Assembly (NCBI GenBank): GCA_913020725.1 | Contig: CAJWCD010000016.1 | Span: 1-38,002 of the forward strand | DNA: 38,002 bases | Source: an uncultured Pseudomonadota bacterium | GTDB lineage: Bacteria > SAR324 > NAC60-12 | Direction: 5' to 3' | Shown here: positions 1 to 9,142 of the stretch, piece by piece | Position numbering within the stretch: position 1 is the first letter of the stretch | Layout of the letters: every line of letters starts with the position of its first letter | The notes under the pieces: generated by a model | Databases searched by the model: none | Told to the model about the DNA's origin: nothing | Seen by the model: the letters and a program-made list of their open reading frames with translations, nothing else | Made by a program: the position numbers and the translations under genes

Positions 1-102
1 CGCTTGATCCTGTCATTGAGTGGAGTGCAGGACTACTTGTCCCACACGATAGTCTATCACCTCTTCAAAGTGCATAACAGGCTCTAGCAATTCCATGAGG
101 TG

Positions 103-576
103 CTACTTGCGGCTCAGTTCCTCCTCGTACATCTGATAGTGCGTCTCCTCCATGCCGAGGGTTTGGTAGGTTTTTTGGGCACGGAGGTTGTGTTTTTCCA
201 CATAGAGCCGAAACCCACAGACCTCCGGAGTCTTGTCCGCTAGTGTTTTGACAAAGGCATACATCGCCCGATAGACCCCACGCTTGCGACACTCCCGGGT
301 CACATAGACGCTTTGAATCCACCAGAACACCCCGTTGCGCCAGTCGCTCCACTCCTTCGTCACCATCAGGGTGCCGATGACCGTTTCAGCTTCTTCGGCG
401 ACCAGATAGAAGCCTAGGGCGGGTTCTGTAAAAACACGACAGACTCCGGCGCTGACCACTCCGTCTGCCAGGACCTTGTCTTCGGTTTCCAGCGCCATCG
501 CCTGGTTGAAGGCGACAATTTCCGGGGTATCGACGGGGGTCGCCAAACGGACTTGAATAGGAGCAGTCATTGTCAT
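103..576 (-). CDS. GNAT family N-acetyltransferase
   Basis: 157 aa ORF with EWSDWRNG-FWWIQSVYV motif, acetyl-CoA motif A (RKRGVYRAMY) and C-terminal N.RAQ.TY..LGM; start could be 570. Confidence 0.9.
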   Translation of the reverse strand: MTMTAPIQVRLATPVDTPEIVAFNQAMALETEDKVLADGVVSAGVCRVFTEPALGFYLVAEEAETVIGTLMVTKEWSDWRNGVFWWIQSVYVTRECRKRGVYRAMYAFVKTLADKTPEVCGFRLYVEKHNLRAQKTYQTLGMEETHYQMYEEELSRK

Positions 577-838
577 GCTTTCGTGTTGTGCGCTTGCGGG
601 ATTTTCCCTGCGCTGGAGCGATCGTTCAGTTTACGGCAATTTTCCTGATTTAGACAAGCGACTTGCATGACGGAGCGGATGTTTCTATGGTGATGTCGTT
701 CCTCGGCACACGGCATGCGAAGCTCTGTTTGAGTGGCTTTTGAGACACCAGCGAATTGACTCCTTCAGACCTGCGGCATGAATCATTCTCGTTTTTGCTC
801 CAGCCGTTCACAAACTCACAGACGGTCATAATCTCCAC

Positions 839-3800
839 ATGCAGAGCATCATTCGTTTCTTTCAGGCACTGATCGGTTTTCGGAAGAGCCTCATTCTGCT
901 CACCGTGCTGCTCACCGCCTTTGCGTTCCAGACGGCCAAGGAGCGGTTGTTCACGGCGGAGGGCGAGTTGATTGTGGACAGCACCGTGGAACCCTTCATG
1001 GCTCGGGGTTCCGGAACTTACGAGTATTTCAAGGAAATGCGTGAGGTCTTTGGCAGCGAGGAGGTGATGGTCGTTGCCCTGCATCCTCAAGCCGGGAGCC
1101 GATTTGATTACCGCTTTTTCACCGCGCACGAGGAGTTACGGAAGCAACTGGAGGTCGGATTGCCTGCTGTGGAGGAAGTCACGGCAGTCACCAACATCCC
1201 CCGCATCGACGGAAACTGTGCGGGAAAATCCTTCTTTCACGTCGAGGGTGTGGCGTCAGTCTGCGAACCCATCTTGGAGAAATACGCCTTTCAGCTTGAA
1301 TGCCTGAAGAATCCCCCTGCCGGAGTCGTGGCAACCGACTCTTCTGAAGATGGCTTGGCGGGAGACCTGGACGAGGATTTCAACGAGGACGAAGAGGAAG
1401 ATTCAGAAGCAGGGGCGGAATCCGATCTGGACGAGGATTTCAACGAAGGCTCTGAAGCGGAATCTGTTGCTGTAGGTGAGGGTTCGGAAGGCGAGTTAGA
1501 CTCCGGACTGGACGAGGAATTCTCGGCGGAGGAAGAGGATGACGAATCCTACGGAGAAGTGGAATCCGAGCCGGAAGCGGTCCTGAGCTACAGCGAAACC
1601 AACAGTTGCACTCCGGACATGCTGGCCAAGTCGGAGGCGCAAATCATCCGCGCAGCCGACCAGCAGGTGGCCTCCGTTTTTGAAGAAATCAAGGATCACG
1701 AACTCATCCGCAGGGATTTGATCTCGCCGAGTTATGCAACGGTTGCACTGCTGGTCAAGTTCAGCACTCAGGCGGTGCCTTCGTCTCCGGAAACTCAGGA
1801 AGCCCTCCAGCGCATCCTCAAGGCATACTCCCCGGCCAAGACCCAGATCAGCTATTCCGGGCAAGCCAGAACCGAGTACCTTTCGGCAAAAACTATCGTC
1901 AGCGACATTGCGAGGATTCTGCCGTGGAGCCTGGGGCTGATCGTCCTCACCCTCGCTCTGACGTTCCGGAGCATCCGTGGCGTCCTCATTCCCGTGGTGG
2001 TGGTGATGGCCGGCATCATCTGGACTTTTGGGTTCATTGGCCTGACAGGCTTTCAGCTAAACATGGTGACGATGGTGCTGGCTCCCTTGCTGATTAGCGT
2101 TGGGAGTGCCTACATCATTCACTTCATGAACCAGTACTACCATGAAGTGAACGAGAACCCCGGAATGGGCACGGACCTGATCTCTCGCAACACGATTGAG
2201 AAGATTGCCATTCCCATGGTGGTGACCGCCCTGACCACGCTGGCGGGCTTTGCGGCCCTCTCCACAAGCCCCATTCCTGCGGTCAAGGAAGTGGGCCTGT
2301 TTGCCTGCTTCGGGATTGCGGCCATCATTCTCCTGTCTCTCAGCTTTGTTCCCGCCCTGCTGACGTACCTGCCCCTTCCCAAGGCCAAGCAAGTAACCGC
2401 GAAGCCGGGGATCATTGATCAATTCCTCACAACAATCGGCAACCTCGTCGGCAAATACTCTGTCAAGTTCATCTTCTTTTGGGTGGCCGTCACGGTGGTT
2501 GCTTTTGTGGGAATGATGAATGTGACGGTCAACAGCCAAGCCAAGAATTTTGCGGAGGATTCCTCCATTGAAATGGACTTGGCGTTCATCCAGAGCAGCC
2601 TGGCGGGCACCACCACCCTGCGGCTGGTTTTCTCCGGAAAGGACGCTCCGGAGCAATTGCAAACCGCGCAAGCGATGTATGGGTTGCAGAACCTGAAACA
2701 GTGGATTCTTCAGGCAGAGGAGGAGAACCTGCTGAGCCAGATTGAGGGTTTGCGGGTGGACAAGGTCTATTCTGCGGTGGAGTACCTCGACCTCTACCGC
2801 AACGGCATGGACGCCCTCAAGGACGAGGAAGTGGTGAGCTTCTTTGAGGAGTCCGAAAAGCAGGGCTTTCCGAGATTCCTGAGTCCGGACGGCGACCTGT
2901 TGCAGATGAACATCCGCATGAAGACAGATGGCACCAGCGCCTTGCTGGAACTCCGGGAGGCGTTGGGTCCGCAGGTGACGCGCCTCTTGCCGGAGCTTGC
3001 AGTGCAGTACACGGGAAGCGGGGTGCTGAGCAGTGAATCGGCAGACAATATTGCTACCGGGCAAATCCAGAGTCTGCTCACCGCGTTGGGGATCATCTTT
3101 GTGTTGTTGTCGGCGATGTTCCTCTCCTTCCGGATGGGCCTCATCGCCCTCTATCCGAACGTCGTGGCCATCGCGGCGTTCTTTGGCACGCTTGGCTGGC
3201 TGGACATTCCCATCGGGGTGACGATCTCCATCATTGCTTCCATCGCACTGGGAATCGGGGTGGACGACACCATTCACTTTTTGTCGCACTTCAACGAAAA
3301 TCTGAAGAAAACGCACGATGAGAAGCAGGCGTCCCTCGCCTCGCTTCAGCACTTGGGACGCCCCATGATCTGCACCACGATTGCTCTGGGGCTGGGCTTC
3401 GCCGTCTTTGCCAGTGCCGACATGGGCTCGCAGGTTCTCTTCGGTGTGCTGACTGCGTATACGCTGACCATTTGCTTGATCACGGATTTGAACTTCCTGC
3501 CCTCAGTAATGGTCAAGACCAAGCTGATGACGGCATGGGATTATGTCAGTCTCAATTACAGCCAAACCTTCATTGAGTCCATTGGACTGTTCCAGGGCAT
3601 GAACGTCCGTCAAACCAAACTGATGACCCTGAGTGCCTATCCCAAAAAGTTGGCGGTGGGCGAGTTGCTGTTCTCCGAAGGTGAGTTGGGGAACGATCTC
3701 TACATCATCATGAGCGGCGGCATTGACATCTATCTAGACCAGCAGTTCCACGGAGAGAACAAGGTGCTGGCTCAACTGCCTCCGGGCGTGTCGTTTGGCG

Positions 3801-4675
3801 AGATGGGACTGTTCCGGCACATGAAACGCTCCGCCAGCGCCAAAGCGAATCAGGACACAAAACTGTTGGTTCTCAACGAGAAGGTGCTGACCCGGCTCCA
3901 GAAGCGCTATCCGAAGATCGCCTCACTCCTGTTCAAGAATCTGGCACGTCGCCTTGCAGCGCTGACCAAGAATTTGGACCTCAAGAGTGCCGAACAGCAA
4001 CTGCTCTCCAAGAAGCACCGCAGCCTCGTTCACTTCCTGAAATTCTGGGAAGACGACACCGAGGACACGCCGCTCTTGGAGGTGGTTGATCAAATCATTG
4101 CAGATGGCAAGCTCACTCAGGATGAGCGCAAGGAACTCTTTGAGATAGTGTACAAGGACGGCACCGTCAGCAAGCAGGAGCAGGAGCAGCTTGACCGCCT
4201 CAAGCAGATGATTGAAAATGGAGAGTTGGAGGAGGTCAAACCCGTCTTGTCCGACATCTTCCAAGACATGTCGCATCACCAGCTCAACGAAGTGTGCGAG
4301 TTTTTCCATCTCAAGGAAATTCCTGCCCATGTCCGGCTCTGGACGGAAGGAGATTATGGAGATAGTATGCTGGTGGTTTTGGAGGGGGACTTCAACCTCA
4401 ACAAGCAGGTCGATGGCCAGAACATCGTGATGCGCACGGCGACTCCCGGAGACCTTGTGGGGGCCATTTCCATCCTTGGCGGGGAGAACCAGCGCACCTC
4501 AACCTTGGAATCGTTGTCTCCTGCAAAAGTCTTGTTCGTCGATATGGCCGGATTGGATCGCCTCTATAAAGCGAAGCCCAAGCTGGCGACGCAGCTGTAT
4601 TTTAACATCGTGTGCTTCCTGTCCAATCGTTTGGAGCAGGAAACCCAGATCCTGTACGAAGGCTCGTCAAAGTGA
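839..4675 (+). CDS. MMPL/RND-family exporter with C-terminal cyclic-nucleotide-binding domains
   Basis: 1278 aa; two RND halves each with a periplasmic loop and TM bundle; GIGVDDTIHF motif in second half; C-terminal CAP/cNMP folds (LFSEGELG...FGEMGLF...RSASA and WTEGDYG...VGAISIL...RTST). Confidence 0.9.
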   Translation: MQSIIRFFQALIGFRKSLILLTVLLTAFAFQTAKERLFTAEGELIVDSTVEPFMARGSGTYEYFKEMREVFGSEEVMVVALHPQAGSRFDYRFFTAHEELRKQLEVGLPAVEEVTAVTNIPRIDGNCAGKSFFHVEGVASVCEPILEKYAFQLECLKNPPAGVVATDSSEDGLAGDLDEDFNEDEEEDSEAGAESDLDEDFNEGSEAESVAVGEGSEGELDSGLDEEFSAEEEDDESYGEVESEPEAVLSYSETNSCTPDMLAKSEAQIIRAADQQVASVFEEIKDHELIRRDLISPSYATVALLVKFSTQAVPSSPETQEALQRILKAYSPAKTQISYSGQARTEYLSAKTIVSDIARILPWSLGLIVLTLALTFRSIRGVLIPVVVVMAGIIWTFGFIGLTGFQLNMVTMVLAPLLISVGSAYIIHFMNQYYHEVNENPGMGTDLISRNTIEKIAIPMVVTALTTLAGFAALSTSPIPAVKEVGLFACFGIAAIILLSLSFVPALLTYLPLPKAKQVTAKPGIIDQFLTTIGNLVGKYSVKFIFFWVAVTVVAFVGMMNVTVNSQAKNFAEDSSIEMDLAFIQSSLAGTTTLRLVFSGKDAPEQLQTAQAMYGLQNLKQWILQAEEENLLSQIEGLRVDKVYSAVEYLDLYRNGMDALKDEEVVSFFEESEKQGFPRFLSPDGDLLQMNIRMKTDGTSALLELREALGPQVTRLLPELAVQYTGSGVLSSESADNIATGQIQSLLTALGIIFVLLSAMFLSFRMGLIALYPNVVAIAAFFGTLGWLDIPIGVTISIIASIALGIGVDDTIHFLSHFNENLKKTHDEKQASLASLQHLGRPMICTTIALGLGFAVFASADMGSQVLFGVLTAYTLTICLITDLNFLPSVMVKTKLMTAWDYVSLNYSQTFIESIGLFQGMNVRQTKLMTLSAYPKKLAVGELLFSEGELGNDLYIIMSGGIDIYLDQQFHGENKVLAQLPPGVSFGEMGLFRHMKRSASAKANQDTKLLVLNEKVLTRLQKRYPKIASLLFKNLARRLAALTKNLDLKSAEQQLLSKKHRSLVHFLKFWEDDTEDTPLLEVVDQIIADGKLTQDERKELFEIVYKDGTVSKQEQEQLDRLKQMIENGELEEVKPVLSDIFQDMSHHQLNEVCEFFHLKEIPAHVRLWTEGDYGDSMLVVLEGDFNLNKQVDGQNIVMRTATPGDLVGAISILGGENQRTSTLESLSPAKVLFVDMAGLDRLYKAKPKLATQLYFNIVCFLSNRLEQETQILYEGSSK
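1364..1446 (+). repeat. Imperfect direct repeat (60-nt period) encoding DLDEDFNE within an acidic low-complexity insert
   Basis: ga(c/t)ctggacgaggatttcaacga at 1364-1386 and 1424-1446; a third degenerate copy (LDEEF) near 1505-1525. Confidence 0.8.
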
Positions 4676-4730
4676 CGTCGCTTTGTCGCCCTCGTGTAGA
4701 TCAACCAACAACACATTGAACGGATTGAAA

Positions 4731-5552
4731 ATGCGGAAACCCTTGATTTTCACAGTGCTGGTTGCCCTCCTGACCGCCTGCAGCGGAGCGGCGTGGGCGG
4801 TCGATTGCCTAGAGTTGGACACCAATGAGAAGATCAAGGCATTCGTCAAAAAGAGCCAGGATTCCAATCCGCTGAAGCGAGAAAATGTCAGCACCCGCTT
4901 TGATTTGAAGACGAAGGAGCAGGGTAAGAAAAAGACGGAGTTGATCCAAAGCCTGCGGATGGGAGACCGGAAACGGAGCTTCTTCGTGAAGGGGAAAAAC
5001 GCACCGCAGTGCTTCATCACGCTGGGGGAGCGCGATTACCGTTGCTCCAAGTGCCGGGCGCTAACAAACAGCGAGTGCCGCAGTTTCAAGTCGTCGGAGA
5101 ACTCGCAGGTCATCCGGGGCACCAATATTGACTTGGGTGATTTCGATTTGATCACGGATGATGAGCATGAATCCGTCTGCAACGACGTGAAGAACAACAA
5201 GAAGGTCATCAAACTGACGACGAAGCGCATCAGCGGTGATTCGCCGTATGAGAAGATCATCAGCTACTACATCAAGGACAAGGAAGTTCCGATCACGATG
5301 AATTATTTTGCGGAAGGTGTGCTCCGGAAGGTGTATCGTTTCTTCCCCAAATACTACATTCAAGTGAAAGAGGAGTGGATTGCTGCCGTCACTCGTGTTC
5401 GGACCACTGCGGGGAAAGAGAAGAAGTACACCTTTGAAACCATTGTCAAAATCAAGAAAAACAAAAAGAAGCAGTACCAAATCTATCTCGACCCAGCCAC
5501 CGATCCTGCCTTGAAAAAAGCCAACTTTGAGACGATCTTCAACATCGAGTGA
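4731..5552 (+). CDS. Periplasmic LolA-like / outer-membrane lipoprotein-sorting protein
   Basis: ATG at 4731 followed by a signal peptide (lipobox-like LTAC and AWA site); IRGTNIDLGDF resembles the G(S/T)DF.Y.D motif and SPYEKIISY the S.Y.K motif of this family; lies directly after an MMPL gene. Confidence 0.7.
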   Translation: MRKPLIFTVLVALLTACSGAAWAVDCLELDTNEKIKAFVKKSQDSNPLKRENVSTRFDLKTKEQGKKKTELIQSLRMGDRKRSFFVKGKNAPQCFITLGERDYRCSKCRALTNSECRSFKSSENSQVIRGTNIDLGDFDLITDDEHESVCNDVKNNKKVIKLTTKRISGDSPYEKIISYYIKDKEVPITMNYFAEGVLRKVYRFFPKYYIQVKEEWIAAVTRVRTTAGKEKKYTFETIVKIKKNKKKQYQIYLDPATDPALKKANFETIFNIE

Positions 5553-5555
5553 TCC

Positions 5556-7163
5556 ATGCACCTCTCCAGAAGCCTGAGTGCCATCGGAGTGTGGGCGGGA
5601 ACCCTGCTCTTGGGTTCCTCCCTTTATGGCACGGAGCCGTTCAGCGAGGCCTGGGAGGACAAGCCCTTGCAACTCTTGGCACAGTCTGATCCGGACGCAA
5701 CGAACGCTTCGGAAGACGAAGTGTTGCTTGGAGGAGATGAATCCGACACTGAGGATGATGAACTGCTGGGGGACGAATCCGAGGATCCGGAAGGCTCCGG
5801 TGATGAGGATGAAGATTTGCTGGGAGGCGACGATGATCCGGAGGACGAAGATTCTGCGGGCTTGGATGAAGATTTAGACTCCGATGAAGAGGAGGACGAG
5901 GAGTTGGAAACCTCGTTTTTCATGCAGCAGCAGTACCGCGCCTTTGGCGGCTCCAGCAGCGAAGAACGCGGTGGCTTGGTGCAAAGCTCAAGCGACGATT
6001 CGAGCCGCAAGGATTACCTCGTCAATGCCTACCAGTTCAGTGCCACACTAGAAACCTCGCCCTACGATTTCTTCTATTTCCGCCTGCTGGCGCGGGTGAT
6101 CCTGCAAAACGACCGCATCAAAAAAAAACGGAATGAGGATTACGAGTTCCTGATGCGGGAGGCCTACTTCAGCAGTCAGGAAGGCAACCGCCGCTACCGT
6201 ATCGGCGCGTTACAGTTCAAACACGGCAAGGTGGACCTGGACAGCCCCATCGACATCCTCAACATGGGCAACCCCAAATCGCTGGAATACCTCAGCTTAG
6301 AAGAGGGCAAACTGCCCGTGATCGGGGTCCGGTACGATTGGCTGGGAGCATCCAACTTCTCCCTGTTTGCCGCACCTTTCCGGCAGAAAACCGATGGGAC
6401 TGAATACACCATTCAGCGCAGGGAACTTGACGAATCCGGAACCGACAACAACACCACTGAATCCGTGTTTCGCCCGCACCTTGGAGCCACTTACGGATTC
6501 GGAGTGGGCGACGGAAAAATGACGATCGGCGCCTTTCGCTGGTTTGACAAGGATAACGACATCGAGTGGACCAGTTCTGCTCTGCTCAGCAGTTCGTACA
6601 AGGAGAAGGACACCACGATCAACTTTGCGACCTTGGACATGGACGTTCCCCTTGGGAATTACGTCCTCAAGGCCGACGCGGGTTGGTTTTCCAAGAAAAA
6701 CTTCTACTCCTACTACAAGCGCACCAGCGATAACGCCTCCATCTTCAGCACGGTTCAGGTTCCACACACAGCGGTCGCGCTTTCACTTGAGCGCAAGTTC
6801 GATAATTTTTTTCTGATGCCCGTGTTTTCCCACCGTTCCCTTGCCAAAGTGCCGAGTGCAACGCACATCATCGGCTTTGAGAACAAGGAAACGGCGGCAA
6901 GTGAAGAGCGCGATTTGCAGAAGAGCCAGTTTGGGTTGGTGTTCATTTTGGACACCTCCGAAACTTGGAACACCACCGTGTCCCTCCTGCAAAGCGCCCC
7001 GTTCAAACAGACCACCGCCACCAACATTTGGACCTTCAAACCCGGAGGAGAGGATCACGAGTTTCAACTCAAGCTCTTCCACACGGCTTCGGAAAAATTG
7101 CTGATGACCGGTAAGCAGATCAAGTCCGCCAAGGCGTTCCTTCAGTATCAGTACAATCTGTAA
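5556..7163 (+). CDS. Putative outer-membrane beta-barrel protein (DUF1302-like partner of MMPL/LolA-like genes)
   Basis: Signal peptide, acidic N-terminal tract, alternating beta-strand patterns, REAY and G..D..SP.D..N motifs, aromatic C-terminal strand (AFLQYQYNL); 3 nt after the previous gene. Confidence 0.65.
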   Translation: MHLSRSLSAIGVWAGTLLLGSSLYGTEPFSEAWEDKPLQLLAQSDPDATNASEDEVLLGGDESDTEDDELLGDESEDPEGSGDEDEDLLGGDDDPEDEDSAGLDEDLDSDEEEDEELETSFFMQQQYRAFGGSSSEERGGLVQSSSDDSSRKDYLVNAYQFSATLETSPYDFFYFRLLARVILQNDRIKKKRNEDYEFLMREAYFSSQEGNRRYRIGALQFKHGKVDLDSPIDILNMGNPKSLEYLSLEEGKLPVIGVRYDWLGASNFSLFAAPFRQKTDGTEYTIQRRELDESGTDNNTTESVFRPHLGATYGFGVGDGKMTIGAFRWFDKDNDIEWTSSALLSSSYKEKDTTINFATLDMDVPLGNYVLKADAGWFSKKNFYSYYKRTSDNASIFSTVQVPHTAVALSLERKFDNFFLMPVFSHRSLAKVPSATHIIGFENKETAASEERDLQKSQFGLVFILDTSETWNTTVSLLQSAPFKQTTATNIWTFKPGGEDHEFQLKLFHTASEKLLMTGKQIKSAKAFLQYQYNL

Positions 7164-7214
7164 ATTCCAGACGCGATCATGCCCTTTGACGAGACACCGG
7201 GCAGAGGAGCCTCC

Positions 7215-7430
7215 TTACGAGGGTTGGCGTGAGTCCAATTCAGCCTGCAACACCGTTTTCATCATCTGCAAAACGGGCGGGGCTTCGCCCGTCTGGCCGT
7301 AGATTTGGAGAAGCTTGGTTGTTTGATTGAGGGATTTGTGGATTTGGTCACGACTGAGTTCACGGGCGTACTGCTCAAACTGATCGCGCTCATGCGGAGA
7401 ACTGAGAGTGTCCAGTTGGGGCAGTTCCAT
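7215..7430 (-). CDS. Small hypothetical protein
   Basis: 71 aa helical-looking ORF; ATG 2 nt after the amidase stop, with GAGGA upstream. Confidence 0.55.
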   Translation of the reverse strand: MELPQLDTLSSPHERDQFEQYARELSRDQIHKSLNQTTKLLQIYGQTGEAPPVLQMMKTVLQAELDSRQPS

Positions 7431-7432
7431 GT

Positions 7433-8848
7433 TCAATCCTCAATAGGATGTGTCCAAGGTGAGGCGGCTTCAAAGGCAGCAGCGGTTTGAAAGAGGGTGG
7501 CTTCTGCAAAGGGGCGTCCCACCAATTGGAATCCTGTAGGCAGCCCGTTGCTTGTGGTTCCGGCGGGCACGGCGAGGGCGGGCAGTCCGAGGTAATCAAA
7601 GGGACGGGTGCAGTGCCCAAGCTGGCTGATGTAGTCAATGAAGCCCGGATTGGCTCCAACATCCGACTCCTCAAGGGTGGGCACCGGGATCGGCACGATC
7701 GGAACGTGCAGCACGTCCACCTGTGTGAACACCCGTTCCAGAAAATCCTGCAAAACCACCTCCCGGAGATTGAGTGCCTCCATATAATCGACGGCGAGGT
7801 AGAGCAATCCGGCCCGGAGCCGCCCTAGGGTTTGGGTGCCGTAGTCCTGTGAACGTTCCCGCAGCCAGAGGGCGTGATGCGAGGCGCCCTCGACCCCAGC
7901 AATCAGGTTGACCATCGCATTGCTGGCGTGGATGGTTTCCGGCATCGCCAACTCCCGAACCTCAATGCCCAAATCCTTGAAAACTTTCAGGCTTTCGGTC
8001 ATGCGCACCCGAACTTCAGGATGAATCGGATCGTAAAAATAATTGGAAGGCACCCCCACTTTCAGTCCCTTGGGGAGATTTTCCAACCCGCTGAGGTAGT
8101 CGCCCACTGTGCGAGTGGAGCAGGTGCGGTCGTTCGGATCGGCTCCTGCAATGGTTTGAGTGAGGAGCGCACAGTCACGGACCGTGCGAGTCAGGGGACC
8201 AACGTGATCCAGTGTGTGCGAAAGCGGCATGGCCCCGTAGCGGCTCACCCGCCCATAGGTCGGCTTCATCCCAACGAGTCCACAGCAGGACGCAGGAAAG
8301 CGGATCGAACCGCCCGTATCCGAACCGAGGGTGCCATAAACCAAGCCTGCAGAAACCGAAACAGCCGGGCCACTGGAGGACCCCCCTGTGATGTAATCCA
8401 GATTCCAGGGGTTGTGGACATTTCCGGTGATCTCGTTGTGCCCCGTGAGACCATAGGCAAACTCAACCATGTTGAGCCGTGCAATGTCGAGTGCTCCGGC
8501 GGCATCGAGTTTCCCCAGCACAGTTGCTGTAAACTCCGGAACAAAATCGGCCCGGATTTTCGAACCGCAGGCACTGACGCGCCCTTTGCGGTAATACATG
8601 TCCTTGTGCGCCAGCGGAACCCCGTGCAGCGGTCCCAGTGACTGCCCCGAACTCCGAACCTGATCGGCTTTGCGTGCGTCGTCCAAGGCGGCTTCGGCAG
8701 CCATTCCCGCCACGCAATTCAGTCGTGGGTGTGCGGATTCCAGCCGCTCCAAGCAGTTGCGCGTGAGCTCTTCGCTGGAAACCTCGCCCTTCTCGATCGC
8801 CTCGGAAACCGCGCTGAGGCTGAGTTTGGCAAGTGCGGTGTCACTCAT
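7433..8848 (-). CDS. Amidase signature family protein (GatA/AtzE-like)
   Basis: GPLHGVPLAHKDM (catalytic Lys), GGSSSG, GSDTGGSIRFPA (Ser-cisSer-Lys triad); GGAGG SD before ATG 8848. Confidence 0.95.
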   Translation of the reverse strand: MSDTALAKLSLSAVSEAIEKGEVSSEELTRNCLERLESAHPRLNCVAGMAAEAALDDARKADQVRSSGQSLGPLHGVPLAHKDMYYRKGRVSACGSKIRADFVPEFTATVLGKLDAAGALDIARLNMVEFAYGLTGHNEITGNVHNPWNLDYITGGSSSGPAVSVSAGLVYGTLGSDTGGSIRFPASCCGLVGMKPTYGRVSRYGAMPLSHTLDHVGPLTRTVRDCALLTQTIAGADPNDRTCSTRTVGDYLSGLENLPKGLKVGVPSNYFYDPIHPEVRVRMTESLKVFKDLGIEVRELAMPETIHASNAMVNLIAGVEGASHHALWLRERSQDYGTQTLGRLRAGLLYLAVDYMEALNLREVVLQDFLERVFTQVDVLHVPIVPIPVPTLEESDVGANPGFIDYISQLGHCTRPFDYLGLPALAVPAGTTSNGLPTGFQLVGRPFAEATLFQTAAAFEAASPWTHPIED

Positions 8849-9038
8849 TGCTGCCTCCGTGTTGCTCCATCCGGCGCTGGAATCCAGAGGGTTCCTGTTC
8901 AAAGCCGATACGGTTGAGAAAATTGCGCTTGGCGTCCGCTTGCTGGAGGGAGTTCGTCAGCAGGCGTTGGGTGGATTCGGCCTCCGGGTTGAGTTGCCGA
9001 AACCTTGCCCAATCCTTGAGGTTGGTGATCGCGTCCAT
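8841..9038 (-). CDS. Small amidase-associated protein (GatC/AtzG-like position)
   Basis: 65 aa; stop overlaps the amidase start (ATGAGTGA); C-terminal F-E-x-E-P motif. Confidence 0.6.
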   Translation of the reverse strand: MDAITNLKDWARFRQLNPEAESTQRLLTNSLQQADAKRNFLNRIGFEQEPSGFQRRMEQHGGSNE

Positions 9039-9142
9039 GTTGAGTGTGCAAATGGGTTGTCTTTTGGCGATTGCTCGCTAAGTTGATTCAACTTACGCAA
9101 ACCGGACCTCCCGCACAAGCTTTTCGTCATCTCAGTCTTGAA

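Noticed and set aside
1..100. Possible 3' end of a gene entering the window
   Set aside because: Two short open frames with no recognisable motif; cannot be assigned.
2057..3352. 431-aa antisense ORF
   Set aside because: Shadow of the MMPL gene on the opposite strand; no motifs.
7433..8848. Calling the amidase gatA
   Set aside because: No gatB adjacent and the motifs are generic amidase-signature; a catabolic amidase is at least as likely.
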